A stretch of DNA of 64,000 nt from Gemmatimonadales bacterium (GCA_038323865.1 JBBQHJ010000003.1:1385-65384); one strand, 5' to 3'; shown: positions 17,848 to 28,120, counted from the first letter of the stretch. A program made the numbers and translations. The notes: generated by a model from the letters alone, not told the origin.

Positions 17848-19229
17848 GCGCCAGCCTTGGCAAAGCAGCACCGCGGCCGCGGGCCGCGGCGCCGCGCGAG
17901 TATCACTTTCCGCGATTCACCCAACACGTCTTACCGAATGGTGTTGGTGTCATTGTGGCACCAGTCGCGAAGCTTCCGCTGGTGACAGTTCTTGCGGTTG
18001 TGGAAGCTGGCGCTTCCACGGATCCAGATGGTAAGGAAGGAATTGCTTCGCTCACGGCGCGACTTCTCTTAGAAGGAACGCGTGACCTGGATGCAAATGC
18101 ACTCTCTGATCGCTTCGAGCGGATCGGTGCGGCGATTGAAGTTCACGCCGACTGGGATGTTACCGTGGCATCGCTCACGGCGCTTCGTGGGCGTTTGCCC
18201 GAGGCCTTTTCGCTGCTGCGTGACATTCTACGCGACCCAGCGTTTCCGGAACGCGAAGTCAGCCGTCTCAAGGGGGAGCGGCTGGCTGATTTGCTTCAGC
18301 AACAGGCGGAACCACGAACACTGGCTGACGATCGCTTTTACGAAGCGGTCTACGACGGTTCGTCGAGATACGCACGCCCGGAAGCGGGAAGCACGACGAC
18401 CGTGCGAGCGCTCACTCGCGAGGACGTTCTCGCATTCCACAGCGCGCGCTATGTGCCGACAGGAGTGACGCTTGTTGTTGCCGGTGACGTGTCTGAGCAA
18501 GACGCTCTCTCGCTCGCAGCTGAACGATTCAGCGATTGGACAGGCACGGCACCGTCGCCGGTGGCACGCATCGTCGATGCAGGGCGAGCGGGAAAGCTCG
18601 TGCGCGTCGTCGGCAAATCCGATGCGCCACAGTCCGAAGTGCGCGTTGGACATCGGGGATTGAAGCGGAACATTCCCGACTATTTCGCGACCACCGTAAT
18701 GAACGCAGTACTCGGCGGGCTCTTTTCCTCGCGGATCAACATGAATCTCCGCGAAGCGCACGGGTACACCTACGGAGCAAACTCGCTTTTCGAATGGCGT
18801 CGCCATGCGGGTCCGTTCATGGTGAGCACAGCGGTGAAGAGCGAAGTCACTGGTGCGGCTGTTCGTGAAATCTTGAACGAGATCGTGCGCATGCGGGCAG
18901 GACAGATAGACGATGGTGAGCTGACTCTTGCCACGCACTACCTGGATGGAGTCTTCCCAATTCGATATGAAACCACGAGTGCCATCGCGACGGCGTTGGC
19001 GAATATGCACATCTTCGGCTTGCCGAAAGACTATTACGACACATACCGTGAGCACGTTCGTGGTGTGACAACCGCCGGCGTACTGCAAGCAGCGAAGTCG
19101 CACCTCCGTGCCGACGACCTGTGCATCGTGGTGGTTGGAGATCCGGCGGTGATTGTCGATCAACTCGCCGAGGTCACCGGCGCCGCCGTTGACGTCACTC
19201 GCGCGGATGACGGAGGTACCTCATTGTGA
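17844..19229 (+). CDS. M16-family peptidase, non-catalytic partner
   Basis: 461 aa, collinear with M16 proteins but lacking HxxEH. Its start overlaps the upstream stop. Confidence 0.75.
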   Translation: MSASLGKAAPRPRAAAPREYHFPRFTQHVLPNGVGVIVAPVAKLPLVTVLAVVEAGASTDPDGKEGIASLTARLLLEGTRDLDANALSDRFERIGAAIEVHADWDVTVASLTALRGRLPEAFSLLRDILRDPAFPEREVSRLKGERLADLLQQQAEPRTLADDRFYEAVYDGSSRYARPEAGSTTTVRALTREDVLAFHSARYVPTGVTLVVAGDVSEQDALSLAAERFSDWTGTAPSPVARIVDAGRAGKLVRVVGKSDAPQSEVRVGHRGLKRNIPDYFATTVMNAVLGGLFSSRINMNLREAHGYTYGANSLFEWRRHAGPFMVSTAVKSEVTGAAVREILNEIVRMRAGQIDDGELTLATHYLDGVFPIRYETTSAIATALANMHIFGLPKDYYDTYREHVRGVTTAGVLQAAKSHLRADDLCIVVVGDPAVIVDQLAEVTGAAVDVTRADDGGTSL

Positions 19230-19840
19230 ATAAGCCGGGGAAAAGCGAGGTCGTGACGGCCGAGACCCTCCGATCGCGGAGCAAAGGCGATACGCCGAAA
19301 GCACAGGTGTCGAGTCGCGAGATCTACTCGGGAAAGATCATCACCCTGAATCGCGACACGATTCGTTTTCCAGACGACACGACGGCAGAGTTTGACGTCG
19401 CGCGTCATTCTGGCGCTTCTGCGGTTGTTCCGTTTCTCAGCGACCCCACCGGTGAAGAGCCACAGATCCTGCTGATGCGGCAATACCGGTACGCTGCGGA
19501 CGGCTACATCTACGAGATCCCCGCTGGCCGTCTGGACGAAGGTGAGACACCGGCAAAATGCGCCGCGCGAGAACTGAAGGAGGAGACGGGCTGTACCGCA
19601 GAGCGTTTCGAGCAGCTCACGAGCATCCTGACCACGCCCGGATTCACTGATGAAGTCATCCATCTCTTCATGGCCACCGGGTTAGAGCACGGAGAGCCGA
19701 ACCGCGAGGCAGATGAGTTTGTCGAGCTGATTGCTATCCGCCTTTCAGAGGCACTCGAGCTTGTCCGTGACGGCACCATAACGGACTCCAAGACCGCGTT
19801 TGGGATCATGTTTGTCGCTGGATTCCGAACCGGCGACTAG
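19226..19840 (+). CDS. NUDIX hydrolase (ADP-ribose pyrophosphatase-like)
   Basis: Nudix box GRLDEGETPAKCAARELKEETG. Confidence 0.8.
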   Translation: MNKPGKSEVVTAETLRSRSKGDTPKAQVSSREIYSGKIITLNRDTIRFPDDTTAEFDVARHSGASAVVPFLSDPTGEEPQILLMRQYRYAADGYIYEIPAGRLDEGETPAKCAARELKEETGCTAERFEQLTSILTTPGFTDEVIHLFMATGLEHGEPNREADEFVELIAIRLSEALELVRDGTITDSKTAFGIMFVAGFRTGD

Positions 19841-20111
19841 CAAGCTCTACTATACAAAGACAGCAAACCGAGAGCTCTCGCGGAGTGTCAAAAGGTGGAC
19901 ACTCTTCGGGGGCCTTCTCTTTTCGTGTATCAAAAAAGGGACACGACAAGCAATAAGGGCGGGGATGAAATCCCGGAGTTGTCGTCATAAGCTGTTAAAT
20001 AGCAGGCACTTACGGCGACGAGCATGGGCGATGGAACACGGCATGGCCCCTGCCTTATCCATGGTCGAAGCACTGACCGAATTTGCCCCACGGGGTGAGG
20101 AGAGAGAGACC

Positions 20112-20747
20112 ATGGCTGACATCGCAACGAAGCGGACGGCACAGCAGGGCCAGTCGATCCGCGAACAGCTACGCGCGATGGACGATGCCGAGATCGTCAC
20201 GGCTTTCCTCGGTGGAGAAGAGCGTGCGTTTCAGGAGCTCGTCGACCGCTATCAGACGCGGCTGCTGAACTTCGTATATCGCACGATCGGTGATCGCGAG
20301 AAGGCGGAAGATCTCGTACAGGAAGTGTTCATCCGCGTCTACCGACACCTGCACCGCTTTGACCGGTCAAAGAAGTTTTCGACGTGGGCGTACACAATTG
20401 CCTCGAATCTCGCGAAGAATGAGCTCCGCAACCGCTCGCGGAATCCGCTAGTGCTCTTCCAGACGATCAAGGGCAACTGGGACGACGAAGACCGGCCGTT
20501 GCAGTTCGAAGATACGACGTCACGACCGGACGACCTGTACCGCAAGCGCCATCTCCGCGAACTGGTCGCGGAGACGGTCGCCAAGTTGCCGGAGCATCAT
20601 CGTGAGGTATTTGTGCTGCGCGAGCTCGAAGGCAAGTCATACGAGGAGATCGCAGAGATCACGGACTGCAATCTTGGCACGGTAAAATCGCGGCTGAATC
20701 GGGCACGTAATGCCTTCGCCGAGATTATCGAGCCCTGGGTGGACTAA
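20112..20747 (+). CDS. ECF-type RNA polymerase sigma-70 factor
   Basis: Region 2 (FQELVDRYQTRLLNFVYRTIGDREKAEDLVQEVFIRVY) and region 4 (FVLRELEGKSYEEIAEITDCNLGTVKSRLNRAR). Start ATG 20112 chosen; upstream in-frame starts are possible. Confidence 0.85.
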   Translation: MADIATKRTAQQGQSIREQLRAMDDAEIVTAFLGGEERAFQELVDRYQTRLLNFVYRTIGDREKAEDLVQEVFIRVYRHLHRFDRSKKFSTWAYTIASNLAKNELRNRSRNPLVLFQTIKGNWDDEDRPLQFEDTTSRPDDLYRKRHLRELVAETVAKLPEHHREVFVLRELEGKSYEEIAEITDCNLGTVKSRLNRARNAFAEIIEPWVD

Positions 20748-20769
20748 CAATCGGCCAATCGGCTCGCTC

Positions 20770-20801
20770 AACGGCACACCGGGACCGTCCGGTGTGCCGT
20801 T
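20770..20801 (+). terminator. Perfect 13-bp GC-rich hairpin between the sigma and anti-sigma genes (terminator/attenuator candidate)
   Basis: AACGGCACACCGG (20770-20782) and CCGGTGTGCCGTT (20789-20801) are exact reverse complements with a 6-nt loop, followed by GTCTATT. Confidence 0.5.
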
Positions 20802-20894
20802 GTCTATTGGGTCGATGCTGGCCCTGCGGAAGGGAACAGGCCATCGTACGGCGGGTACGGAGGGCAGTACGATCCACCGCGTTCAAGGGCCGAG

Positions 20895-21434
20895 ATGCAT
20901 TGCAGGGAGTTCTTACGGAAGCACGATGCGTTCATCGACGACACGCTAAGTGGTGTCGATATCGAGGCAATGGAGACGCATCGCAGAGTTTGTGAACACT
21001 GCAGCCACCGCGACACACGTGTGCGGCGAGCGCTTCTTCTCGCTCGCAATGTTCCGTCGATTCAACCCTCCGCGCAGTTCAGCGAGCGGCTGAACATGCG
21101 GCTCAAGCAGGAGCGTGCTGCGCGTGATCTGCTGCGAGTCACGGCACTGTCCGCACCGTCCTCGCCAAGCCGATCAATTGGTACGTACTCCGTTGTTGCG
21201 GCTGGATTGCTCATGGCAGTTGGCGTCGCAAGTGTCGCGCTTCGCACACAGGCACATGAACAAATTGCCGTGCGATTGGCGCCCGTGGTGGCCACACAGC
21301 CGGCGGAATTTCCATCCGCACTCACAGCGCCAACACTCGTAGCGGCAACGCCAGCGGGAATGCCGTTCTGGCCTGCTGTATTTGTGGCGCAGGAAGCGCC
21401 GTGGCACCTCGCAAGCGACGAAGCCGGACGCTAA
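20895..21434 (+). CDS. Anti-sigma factor (zf-HC2 type, single TM)
   Basis: N-terminal MHCREF...H-x3-C-x2-C (THRRVCEHCSH), with a central hydrophobic segment YSVVAAGLLMAVGVASVAL. Confidence 0.7.
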   Translation: MHCREFLRKHDAFIDDTLSGVDIEAMETHRRVCEHCSHRDTRVRRALLLARNVPSIQPSAQFSERLNMRLKQERAARDLLRVTALSAPSSPSRSIGTYSVVAAGLLMAVGVASVALRTQAHEQIAVRLAPVVATQPAEFPSALTAPTLVAATPAGMPFWPAVFVAQEAPWHLASDEAGR

Positions 21435-21493
21435 ACGCAAGTCCTCGGCACTAGCGCCCGCGCACATACGTTCGAGCGCCGTATATTTCCGCC

Positions 21494-22546
21494 ATGGCGT
21501 CGTCAGGCGAGAAACTTCTTCACGCCGCGCTCAAGAAGCGCGAGTTTGATCCGGTCTACTACTTCTACGGTGACGATGACTTCCTCAAGGATGCGCGTCT
21601 CCGCGAGGTTGTGGATGCGGCTGTAGACCCATCTACTCGCGACTTCAACTTCGAGGCTCGACGCGGTGCCGAGCTCGATGCACAGGCATTGGATGTGTTG
21701 CTTAGCACACCGCCTATGCTCACCGAGCGTCGAGTGGCGGTGATCCGTGACGTGGACAAACTGCGGAAAGATCCGCGCAAGATTCTGGACGAATATCTCG
21801 CAAAGCCGTCGAAGGACACACTACTGATTCTTGCGTCACCAAGTGGAGTGAAGGCCGACAAGGGCATCGCAGAGAAGAGCTCAGCCATCGAGTTTGCACC
21901 GCTCACGGGTGATCGCGTACCGAAGTGGGTGGCGTATCACGCCGAATCCGTTCTGAAGCGCGAGATCACGCCCGACGCTGTGACGCTGCTGGTGGAAGCG
22001 ACGGGTGACGACCTCCAACAACTCGCCGTGGAGCTGGAAAAACTGGCGAGCTTCACGGATGGGCGCATTGATGAACGTGCCATCGAAGCCGTTGTCGGTG
22101 TCCGGCGCGGCGACTCGCTCGGTGCCTTTCTCGACGCCATCGCGGCCAAGGATGCCGCGGGCGCAATGGAACAACTGCCCGGCGTGCTGTTGAATCCGAA
22201 GACGAACGCGGTCGTCCTCGTGATGTACCTGACGACGCAGACACTCGTGCTCGGATACGCGGCAGCAGCGCGCGGCAGGGGGGCAAATCCGCGAACATTG
22301 TATGGCGAGTTGATGACGCTGCTGCGAGAGACGGGTGCGTTTCCTGGTCGTCCGTGGGGCGAGGCCATCAGCGCCTGGACCAAGTATTCTGATCACTGGT
22401 CGACAGGCGACACCAACGCTGCGCTCTCCACCCTGCTCGTTGCAGACGCAGCCCTGAAAGACTCCCGCATTTCTTCCGAAGAGCAGCTCCTCACATCACT
22501 GGTTCTTTCGCTCACCGGGCAGGCTTCGAGCCCCCGCGCGTCGTGA
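21494..22546 (+). CDS. holA: DNA polymerase III delta subunit
   Basis: 350 aa. FDPVYYFYGDDDFLK...RRVAVIRDVDKL... is collinear with HolA. Confidence 0.8.
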   Translation: MASSGEKLLHAALKKREFDPVYYFYGDDDFLKDARLREVVDAAVDPSTRDFNFEARRGAELDAQALDVLLSTPPMLTERRVAVIRDVDKLRKDPRKILDEYLAKPSKDTLLILASPSGVKADKGIAEKSSAIEFAPLTGDRVPKWVAYHAESVLKREITPDAVTLLVEATGDDLQQLAVELEKLASFTDGRIDERAIEAVVGVRRGDSLGAFLDAIAAKDAAGAMEQLPGVLLNPKTNAVVLVMYLTTQTLVLGYAAAARGRGANPRTLYGELMTLLRETGAFPGRPWGEAISAWTKYSDHWSTGDTNAALSTLLVADAALKDSRISSEEQLLTSLVLSLTGQASSPRAS

Positions 22547-23577
22547 CTACACTTCGCTCCCTCATGTCGCTGCCATTTCGTTTTCGTTCTGTTCTCGTCG
22601 TCGTTGCGTTGGTAGGAGCTCTCTCACACCGAGCGCACAGCCAGGGTACTTCACCGAGCGACTCGACATTTCGTCGCGCAAAGCGACTGGTTGCGGAAGG
22701 CAACGGCGCGGGCGGCCGCGCGATCGTCGACACGGTGTTGCGCAAGGCCGTTGAGGGAACGCCGGGCTATGGCGACGCACTCTACTGGCGTGGCGCGCTT
22801 GCTGAAACGGCAGCCGACGCGGAACGCGACTATCGACGCGTCATCGTGGAATACCCACTGTCGGCGTACGCCGATAATGCGTTGCTTGCCATGGCCGACC
22901 TCGAGACGGCTCGCGGCGATCGTGCGGGCGCGTTGCAGCATCTTCAGCGATTTGTGAAGGAGCACTCAGCGAACACGCCGGCACGCGGTGCTGCCGCGCT
23001 GACAGCAGCGCGACTCGCATTCGAGCAGCGTGACACGCGTGCAGGATGCGCAATGGTCACGGCCGCACGCGCGTCGACGCCCGCCACAAACGTGGAGGTG
23101 CGCAATCAAATCGACTATCTCGCGGGTCGATGTGTAGGTGTTGACGTTGCTGCCGCGCCGCCAGTGGTCATGCCCGCGCCAACGGCAGCGGTATCGGCCA
23201 CCACGCCGCCGGCACCACCGCGTGACACGTCAGCGAAAACAACAGCACGCGTGCCGGCGACGGTACCGAAGCGTGTCTCTCCGCCACCGGTGCAAGCGCC
23301 GGTGTCTGCTCCTGTAACTTCACCGGCGCCAGTGAAGCGCGGCAACTACACGATTCAACTTGCTGCGTACAACACGCGCATCGATGCCGAGCGTCTTGTT
23401 GCGAAGCTCAAGACAAAAGGCGTGGAGGCGCGAGTGAGTGGTGACGCAAAGCCGTTTCGCGTGCGTCTCGATTTTTATCTCACGAAGCAGGCGGCGCAGG
23501 ACGAGGTCACCGCCCTCCGTGCGAGAGGAATCATCGGCTTTGTCGCCACTGAGGCGCCACCAGCGAACAGCCCGTAA
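22543..23577 (+). CDS. Secreted TPR / SPOR-domain protein
   Basis: Signal peptide, TPR-like helical region, a Pro/Ala-rich linker, and a C-terminal SPOR fold (YTIQLAAYNTRIDAERLVAKLKTKGVEARV...FRVRLDFY). Confidence 0.7.
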   Translation: MTTLRSLMSLPFRFRSVLVVVALVGALSHRAHSQGTSPSDSTFRRAKRLVAEGNGAGGRAIVDTVLRKAVEGTPGYGDALYWRGALAETAADAERDYRRVIVEYPLSAYADNALLAMADLETARGDRAGALQHLQRFVKEHSANTPARGAAALTAARLAFEQRDTRAGCAMVTAARASTPATNVEVRNQIDYLAGRCVGVDVAAAPPVVMPAPTAAVSATTPPAPPRDTSAKTTARVPATVPKRVSPPPVQAPVSAPVTSPAPVKRGNYTIQLAAYNTRIDAERLVAKLKTKGVEARVSGDAKPFRVRLDFYLTKQAAQDEVTALRARGIIGFVATEAPPANSP

Positions 23578-26189
23578 TGAGCGGTTCGTCTACGCCGTTG
23601 ATGCAACAGTACCGGGAGATCAAGGCGCGGCATCCGAGCGCGATCCTGTTCTTTCGAATGGGCGACTTCTACGAAATGTTTTACGAGGATGCCGAGACGG
23701 CGTCGCGCGTGCTCGGGTTGACGCTGACCTCGCGAAACAACGGAGGTGCCGCGGAGGTACCGCTTGCCGGCGTGCCCGTGAAGGCGGGTCCGGACTACCT
23801 GCGCCGATTGGTGCAGCAGGGCTATCGCGTCGCGATCTGTGAACAGGTCGAAGATCCCAAAGCGGCAAAGGGAATCGTACGCCGCGAAGTGGTGGAGACG
23901 ATCTCGCCCGGTGTTGCGTTCGCGGACGACTTACTGGACGGCACACGCAACAATTTCGTCATCGCGTTGGATGTAACGACGTCCGGTGTGATTGGTGTCG
24001 CCGCCGCGGATGTATCGACCGGCGAATTCCGTCTCGTCATGACGCCAACGACGGAAGTAGACGCGGTGATTGCCCGTTTTTCTCCCCGAGAGGTTCTCGT
24101 GGCGAAAGGGAGTGGCATGCTACCGAGGAGTTCGGCGCTCGATGGTGTGTTGATCACGGAGCGCGAGGCCTGGGAGTTCGACTCATCGTTGGGGCGCGAC
24201 GATCTCACGCGCCACTTTCAGCTTCAGGGTCTCGACGGGCTTGGTATCGAGTCGAGCGATGAACGCGCGATCTCTGCCGGCGGCGCATTGCTTCGCTACT
24301 TGAAGGAGATGCAGCCGTCAGGACTGCCGCAATTGATGCGTCCTATCCTCGAGCGCGCGGGTAGTGCGATGCCGCTCGACGAAATGACGCGACGGAATCT
24401 CGAACTCGTTGAATCACTGCGCGGGACTGACACATCAGGAACCCTGCTCGCGGTGCTCGATCGCACGATGACGCCGATGGGTGCGCGCCTGCTTCGGCAA
24501 TGGTTGCTGGCACCGCTCGTGGACAAGAACGCGATTGATGCGCGGCTCGATGCGGTGGATGCACTGGCTACGGGTGCCAGCGCGCGAGATGCGTTGCGCA
24601 CCGCGCTCGATGGCGTGCGCGATATCGAGCGGCTGGGCAGCAAGGCAGCGGCCGGCCGCGCAACACCGCGAGACATGGCCGCACTCGGCGCCTCGTTGGC
24701 GCGTCTACCGGACGTTGCCAGCGCGATTGACGCGGTGTCGACGGCAGGAGTGATCGCGCATCTCGTGCACCGGTGGGATGACTGCGCGTCGATGGCGAGC
24801 GCCGTGCGCAGCACGCTCGTGGAGCGACCACCGCTTCAACTTGGCGAAGAATCCACGATTGCAACGGGGGTCGACACAGAGCTCGACGATCTTCGTTCGC
24901 TGCGCGATGGAGGAAAGGACGCGATTGCGGCGATCCAAACGGAAGAGCGTGCGCGGACGGGCATCACGTCGCTCAAGGTGGGGTTCAACAGGGTGTTCGG
25001 ATACTTCATCGAAATAACGAACGCGAATCGTCACCTCATTCCGGACGACTACCAACGCCGACAAACGCTGACGGGTGCAGAGCGGTTCGTCACCCCCGCG
25101 CTCAAGGAATACGAAGAGCGCGTGTTGAATGCCGCAGAGCGGATCGAAGTGCGCGAGCGCCATCTCTTTGAAGCGCTGCGTAGCGCGATTGGCAAAGAGG
25201 TCGAGCGAATCCAGTGCGCTGCGCGTATCGTGGCGGAACTGGACGTGCTTGCCGCGCTTGCCGACGTGGCGATGCGTGAGGGCTACGTGCGCCCGACGAT
25301 GACGACGGCGTTCGATCTTGTCATCGAGTCAGGGCGTCATCCGGTTGTCGAGCGGATGATGCCGCGCGACAAGTTCATCCCCAACGACGTGCGGCTAGCC
25401 AACGATGGCCGTGTCATCGTGCTCACCGGGCCGAACATGGCCGGCAAGAGCACCATCCTGCGTCAGGTCGGCTTGGTCGTGCTCATGGCGCAGGTTGGCA
25501 GCTTTGTCCCGGCGTCGTCGGCAACGATTGGGGTGTGCGATCGCGTTTTCACGCGTGTTGGCGCGAGCGACAACCTCGTGCGCGGCCAATCGACATTCAT
25601 GGTCGAGATGGCAGAGACCAGCGCGATTCTCCACACGGCGACGGCGCGCAGCCTGGTGCTCCTGGACGAGATCGGGCGTGGCACAAGCACCTATGATGGT
25701 GTGTCGATCGCGTGGGCGGTGAGCGAGCATTTGCACGACCGCATCGGGTGCAAGACGATCTTTGCGACGCACTATCACGAGTTGGTGCAACTCGCGGATG
25801 AATTAGTAGCAGTTAGAAACTTTAACGTTGGTGTACGTGAAGCCGGTGACCAGATTCTCTTTCTTCATCGTCTGCAGCCAGGTGGTGCAGATCGTTCCTA
25901 TGGAATTGAGGTCGGTCGCCTTGCCGGTCTACCACCAGCGGTAATCGGGCGCGCGCGTGCAGTCCTTGCGCTGTTAGAGGGAGAGGCCGAGCATCTCGTC
26001 CCGGGCTTAGCATTCGGGGCGATGACTCCAGTCCCTCGGGGTGTCGCACCAGTTTCACAGCTGGGCTTGTTTGGCGCTGCGGAGCATCCCGTGGTCGCGC
26101 GACTCAAGGGCACGGACGCGAATCAACTCACGCCGCTCGCGGCATTGCAGCTACTCGCCGAACTTACCGAGCAGGCGCGACAGGGATGA
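23577..26189 (+). CDS. mutS: DNA mismatch repair protein MutS
   Basis: TPLMQQYREIKARHPSAILFFRMGDFYEMF, Walker A GPNMAGKST, and STFMVEMAET. Confidence 0.97.
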   Translation: MSGSSTPLMQQYREIKARHPSAILFFRMGDFYEMFYEDAETASRVLGLTLTSRNNGGAAEVPLAGVPVKAGPDYLRRLVQQGYRVAICEQVEDPKAAKGIVRREVVETISPGVAFADDLLDGTRNNFVIALDVTTSGVIGVAAADVSTGEFRLVMTPTTEVDAVIARFSPREVLVAKGSGMLPRSSALDGVLITEREAWEFDSSLGRDDLTRHFQLQGLDGLGIESSDERAISAGGALLRYLKEMQPSGLPQLMRPILERAGSAMPLDEMTRRNLELVESLRGTDTSGTLLAVLDRTMTPMGARLLRQWLLAPLVDKNAIDARLDAVDALATGASARDALRTALDGVRDIERLGSKAAAGRATPRDMAALGASLARLPDVASAIDAVSTAGVIAHLVHRWDDCASMASAVRSTLVERPPLQLGEESTIATGVDTELDDLRSLRDGGKDAIAAIQTEERARTGITSLKVGFNRVFGYFIEITNANRHLIPDDYQRRQTLTGAERFVTPALKEYEERVLNAAERIEVRERHLFEALRSAIGKEVERIQCAARIVAELDVLAALADVAMREGYVRPTMTTAFDLVIESGRHPVVERMMPRDKFIPNDVRLANDGRVIVLTGPNMAGKSTILRQVGLVVLMAQVGSFVPASSATIGVCDRVFTRVGASDNLVRGQSTFMVEMAETSAILHTATARSLVLLDEIGRGTSTYDGVSIAWAVSEHLHDRIGCKTIFATHYHELVQLADELVAVRNFNVGVREAGDQILFLHRLQPGGADRSYGIEVGRLAGLPPAVIGRARAVLALLEGEAEHLVPGLAFGAMTPVPRGVAPVSQLGLFGAAEHPVVARLKGTDANQLTPLAALQLLAELTEQARQG

Positions 26190-26638
26190 GCAGGCGTATG
26201 TTAGAGTGCGTCCTAGTCTGCTGTGGTGCAATCCTCGCGGGTTGTGGCGACTCGAGTCGCATGCAGCGCGTGGCGCAGGCGTTTCGCACCGGCGAAGTTC
26301 GACCTGACGAGCTCCCGCGGCTTGTGACGGCGGACCTGCCGTTTCGGTATCCCGCGCTGATGTACGCGCGACGCGCACAAGGCAACGTGATGTTGCACCT
26401 GTATGTCGACCGGGATGGTCTCGTCCGGCGCGACTCCACGCGGATTGAGGAGACGAGTGGCTACCCAGCACTCGACAGCGCAGCGCTACGCGGCTCCGTG
26501 GATTTGCGTTTTGTTCCGGCGAAACTCCGTGGCGACCCGATGGGCATCACGGTGTTGTTTCCTGTTGACTTCCGTCATCCGGAGGCGCGCCCGCTTCCGG
26601 GAGATACGATCCTGAACACACGAAGTCCTGCCCACTAA
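26186..26638 (+). CDS. Lipoprotein with a TonB C-terminal-like domain
   Basis: Lipobox LAGC. The C-terminal part (YPALMYARRAQGNVMLHLYVDRDGLV...SGYPALDSAAL...FVPAKLRG) resembles TonB_C. Confidence 0.6.
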   Translation: MSRRMLECVLVCCGAILAGCGDSSRMQRVAQAFRTGEVRPDELPRLVTADLPFRYPALMYARRAQGNVMLHLYVDRDGLVRRDSTRIEETSGYPALDSAALRGSVDLRFVPAKLRGDPMGITVLFPVDFRHPEARPLPGDTILNTRSPAH

Positions 26639-28026
26639 TGCGCAATAACCGCCCGCTCGACAGCGTTCTCGATACCATCGGCTGGACGCCACTCATCCGG
26701 CTCAATCGCATTGCTCGCGATGTGAAGACGCCGATGTACGGCAAGGCCGACTTCTTCAATCCCGGCGGATCCGTGAAGGACCGCATCGGCATGCCGATCA
26801 TCGAGGCGGCCGAGCAGAGCGGTGAACTGCGGCCAGGCGGCACGATCGTTGAAGGCACGAGTGGCAACACCGGCGTTGGACTCGCAATTGCCGCGTCGCT
26901 CCGTGGCTATCGCTGCATCTTCACGATGCCGGACAAGATGTCGCAGGAAAAAGTGCGGCTGTTAAAGGCGTTTGGTGCAGAAGTCATCGTGACGCCGACG
27001 GCGGTGGCACCAGATCATCCGGATAACTACGTGATGATGGCCAAGCGCATCGCGGAGGAGACGCCGAACGCCATTCTCGCGAATCAGTTCTACAATCAGG
27101 CGAATCCCAACGCGCACTACGCAACCACGGGCCCCGAACTCTGGGAACAGAGCGAAGGACGAATCACGCATTTTGTTGCGGCGGCGGGAACCGGTGGAAC
27201 CATCACCGGAGTTGGACGTTACCTCAAGGAGAAGAACCCGAATATCAAGATCATTTCGGGAGATCCGGTCGGCTCGATTCTCGCCGAATTGTGGCGCAGC
27301 AAGGGCAAGAACAAGATAGAAGGTGCGCCGTACAAGGTCGAAGGCATTGGGCAGGACAAGTTGCCGAGCACGCTCGATCTCTCGGTGGTGGACGACTATC
27401 GAACGGTCAGTGATCGCGACGCGTTTGCGATGGCGCGCCGGCTCACGCGCGAGGAAGGGCTGTTCGTCGGTGGCTCAGCCGGCCTGATCACGCACGTCGC
27501 GCTGCAGGTTGCGCGCGAAGTGAACGATCCGAATGCATTTGTGGTGACGTTCCTGTGCGACACGGGTGAACGATATCTGTCGAAGTTGTACAACGACGAA
27601 TGGATGCGAGAGAACCAACTTCTCGAGCCCGATCACATCACACTGGGTGACCTGGTGCGCGGAAAGGGGAGTGGAGCACCGCCCACCCTCGTGAGCGCGG
27701 CGCCGGGTCAGATGGTGCGACAGGCACTTGGACTCATGCGCCTGCACGACGTGTCGCAGTTGCCGGTACTCGACGGTGGTAACAGTGTCGGGAGCGTGAC
27801 GGAGTACGCACTGACGCAGCGCGGGCTCGAGAGCTCGCGGTTTCTGGACGCGGTCGTCGGCGAAGTGATGGACGAAGCATTTCCGACCGTTGATGCTGCG
27901 CAGCATGTCGAGTCGGTCCAGAAGCTGCTATCGAAAACCACGCCGGCTGTGTTGGTGCGAGAAGGCGGCTCGATCACCGGCATCGTGACGCGGAGCGACA
28001 TGCTGGCCTATCTGATGACGCGATAG
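26638..28026 (+). CDS. Cystathionine beta-synthase-type PLP enzyme with a C-terminal CBS-domain pair
   Basis: NPGGSVKDR (PLP lysine), GTSGNTGVGLA, GTGGT, then tandem CBS-like repeats. Confidence 0.85.
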   Translation: MRNNRPLDSVLDTIGWTPLIRLNRIARDVKTPMYGKADFFNPGGSVKDRIGMPIIEAAEQSGELRPGGTIVEGTSGNTGVGLAIAASLRGYRCIFTMPDKMSQEKVRLLKAFGAEVIVTPTAVAPDHPDNYVMMAKRIAEETPNAILANQFYNQANPNAHYATTGPELWEQSEGRITHFVAAAGTGGTITGVGRYLKEKNPNIKIISGDPVGSILAELWRSKGKNKIEGAPYKVEGIGQDKLPSTLDLSVVDDYRTVSDRDAFAMARRLTREEGLFVGGSAGLITHVALQVAREVNDPNAFVVTFLCDTGERYLSKLYNDEWMRENQLLEPDHITLGDLVRGKGSGAPPTLVSAAPGQMVRQALGLMRLHDVSQLPVLDGGNSVGSVTEYALTQRGLESSRFLDAVVGEVMDEAFPTVDAAQHVESVQKLLSKTTPAVLVREGGSITGIVTRSDMLAYLMTR

Positions 28027-28039
28027 GGGAAGGCGGGAG

Positions 28040-28110
28040 GTGCAGATTCCTCGACTGCGCTCGGAATGACACACAGGCAGATTCCTCGCGGCTGCTCGGA
28101 ATGACACACA
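28040..28110 (+). repeat. Repeat family locus R1: two 35-bp-period units
   Basis: GTGCAGATTCCTCGACTGCGCTCGGAATGACAC (28040-28072) and AGGCAGATTCCTCGCGGCTGCTCGGAATGACAC (28075-28107). Cores start at 28049 and 28084. Confidence 0.9.
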
Positions 28111-28120
28111 CGGGAGACGG

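Noticed and set aside
19841-20111. The 270-nt region upstream of the ECF sigma gene has nested hairpins (GAGTGTC/GACACTC at 19883-19904, and ACGACAA...TTGTCGT enclosing GGGA-TGAAA-TCCC). It was considered as a possible ncRNA or riboswitch.
   Set aside because: It matches no RNA family I recognise. The sigma ORF may also start further upstream (in-frame Met codons exist), which would make part of this region coding.
21439-21470. GCAAGTCCTCGGCACTAGCGCCCGCGCACATAC after the anti-sigma gene as a degenerate repeat copy.
   Set aside because: Only the GTCCTCG heptamer matches convincingly. This is too weak to call.
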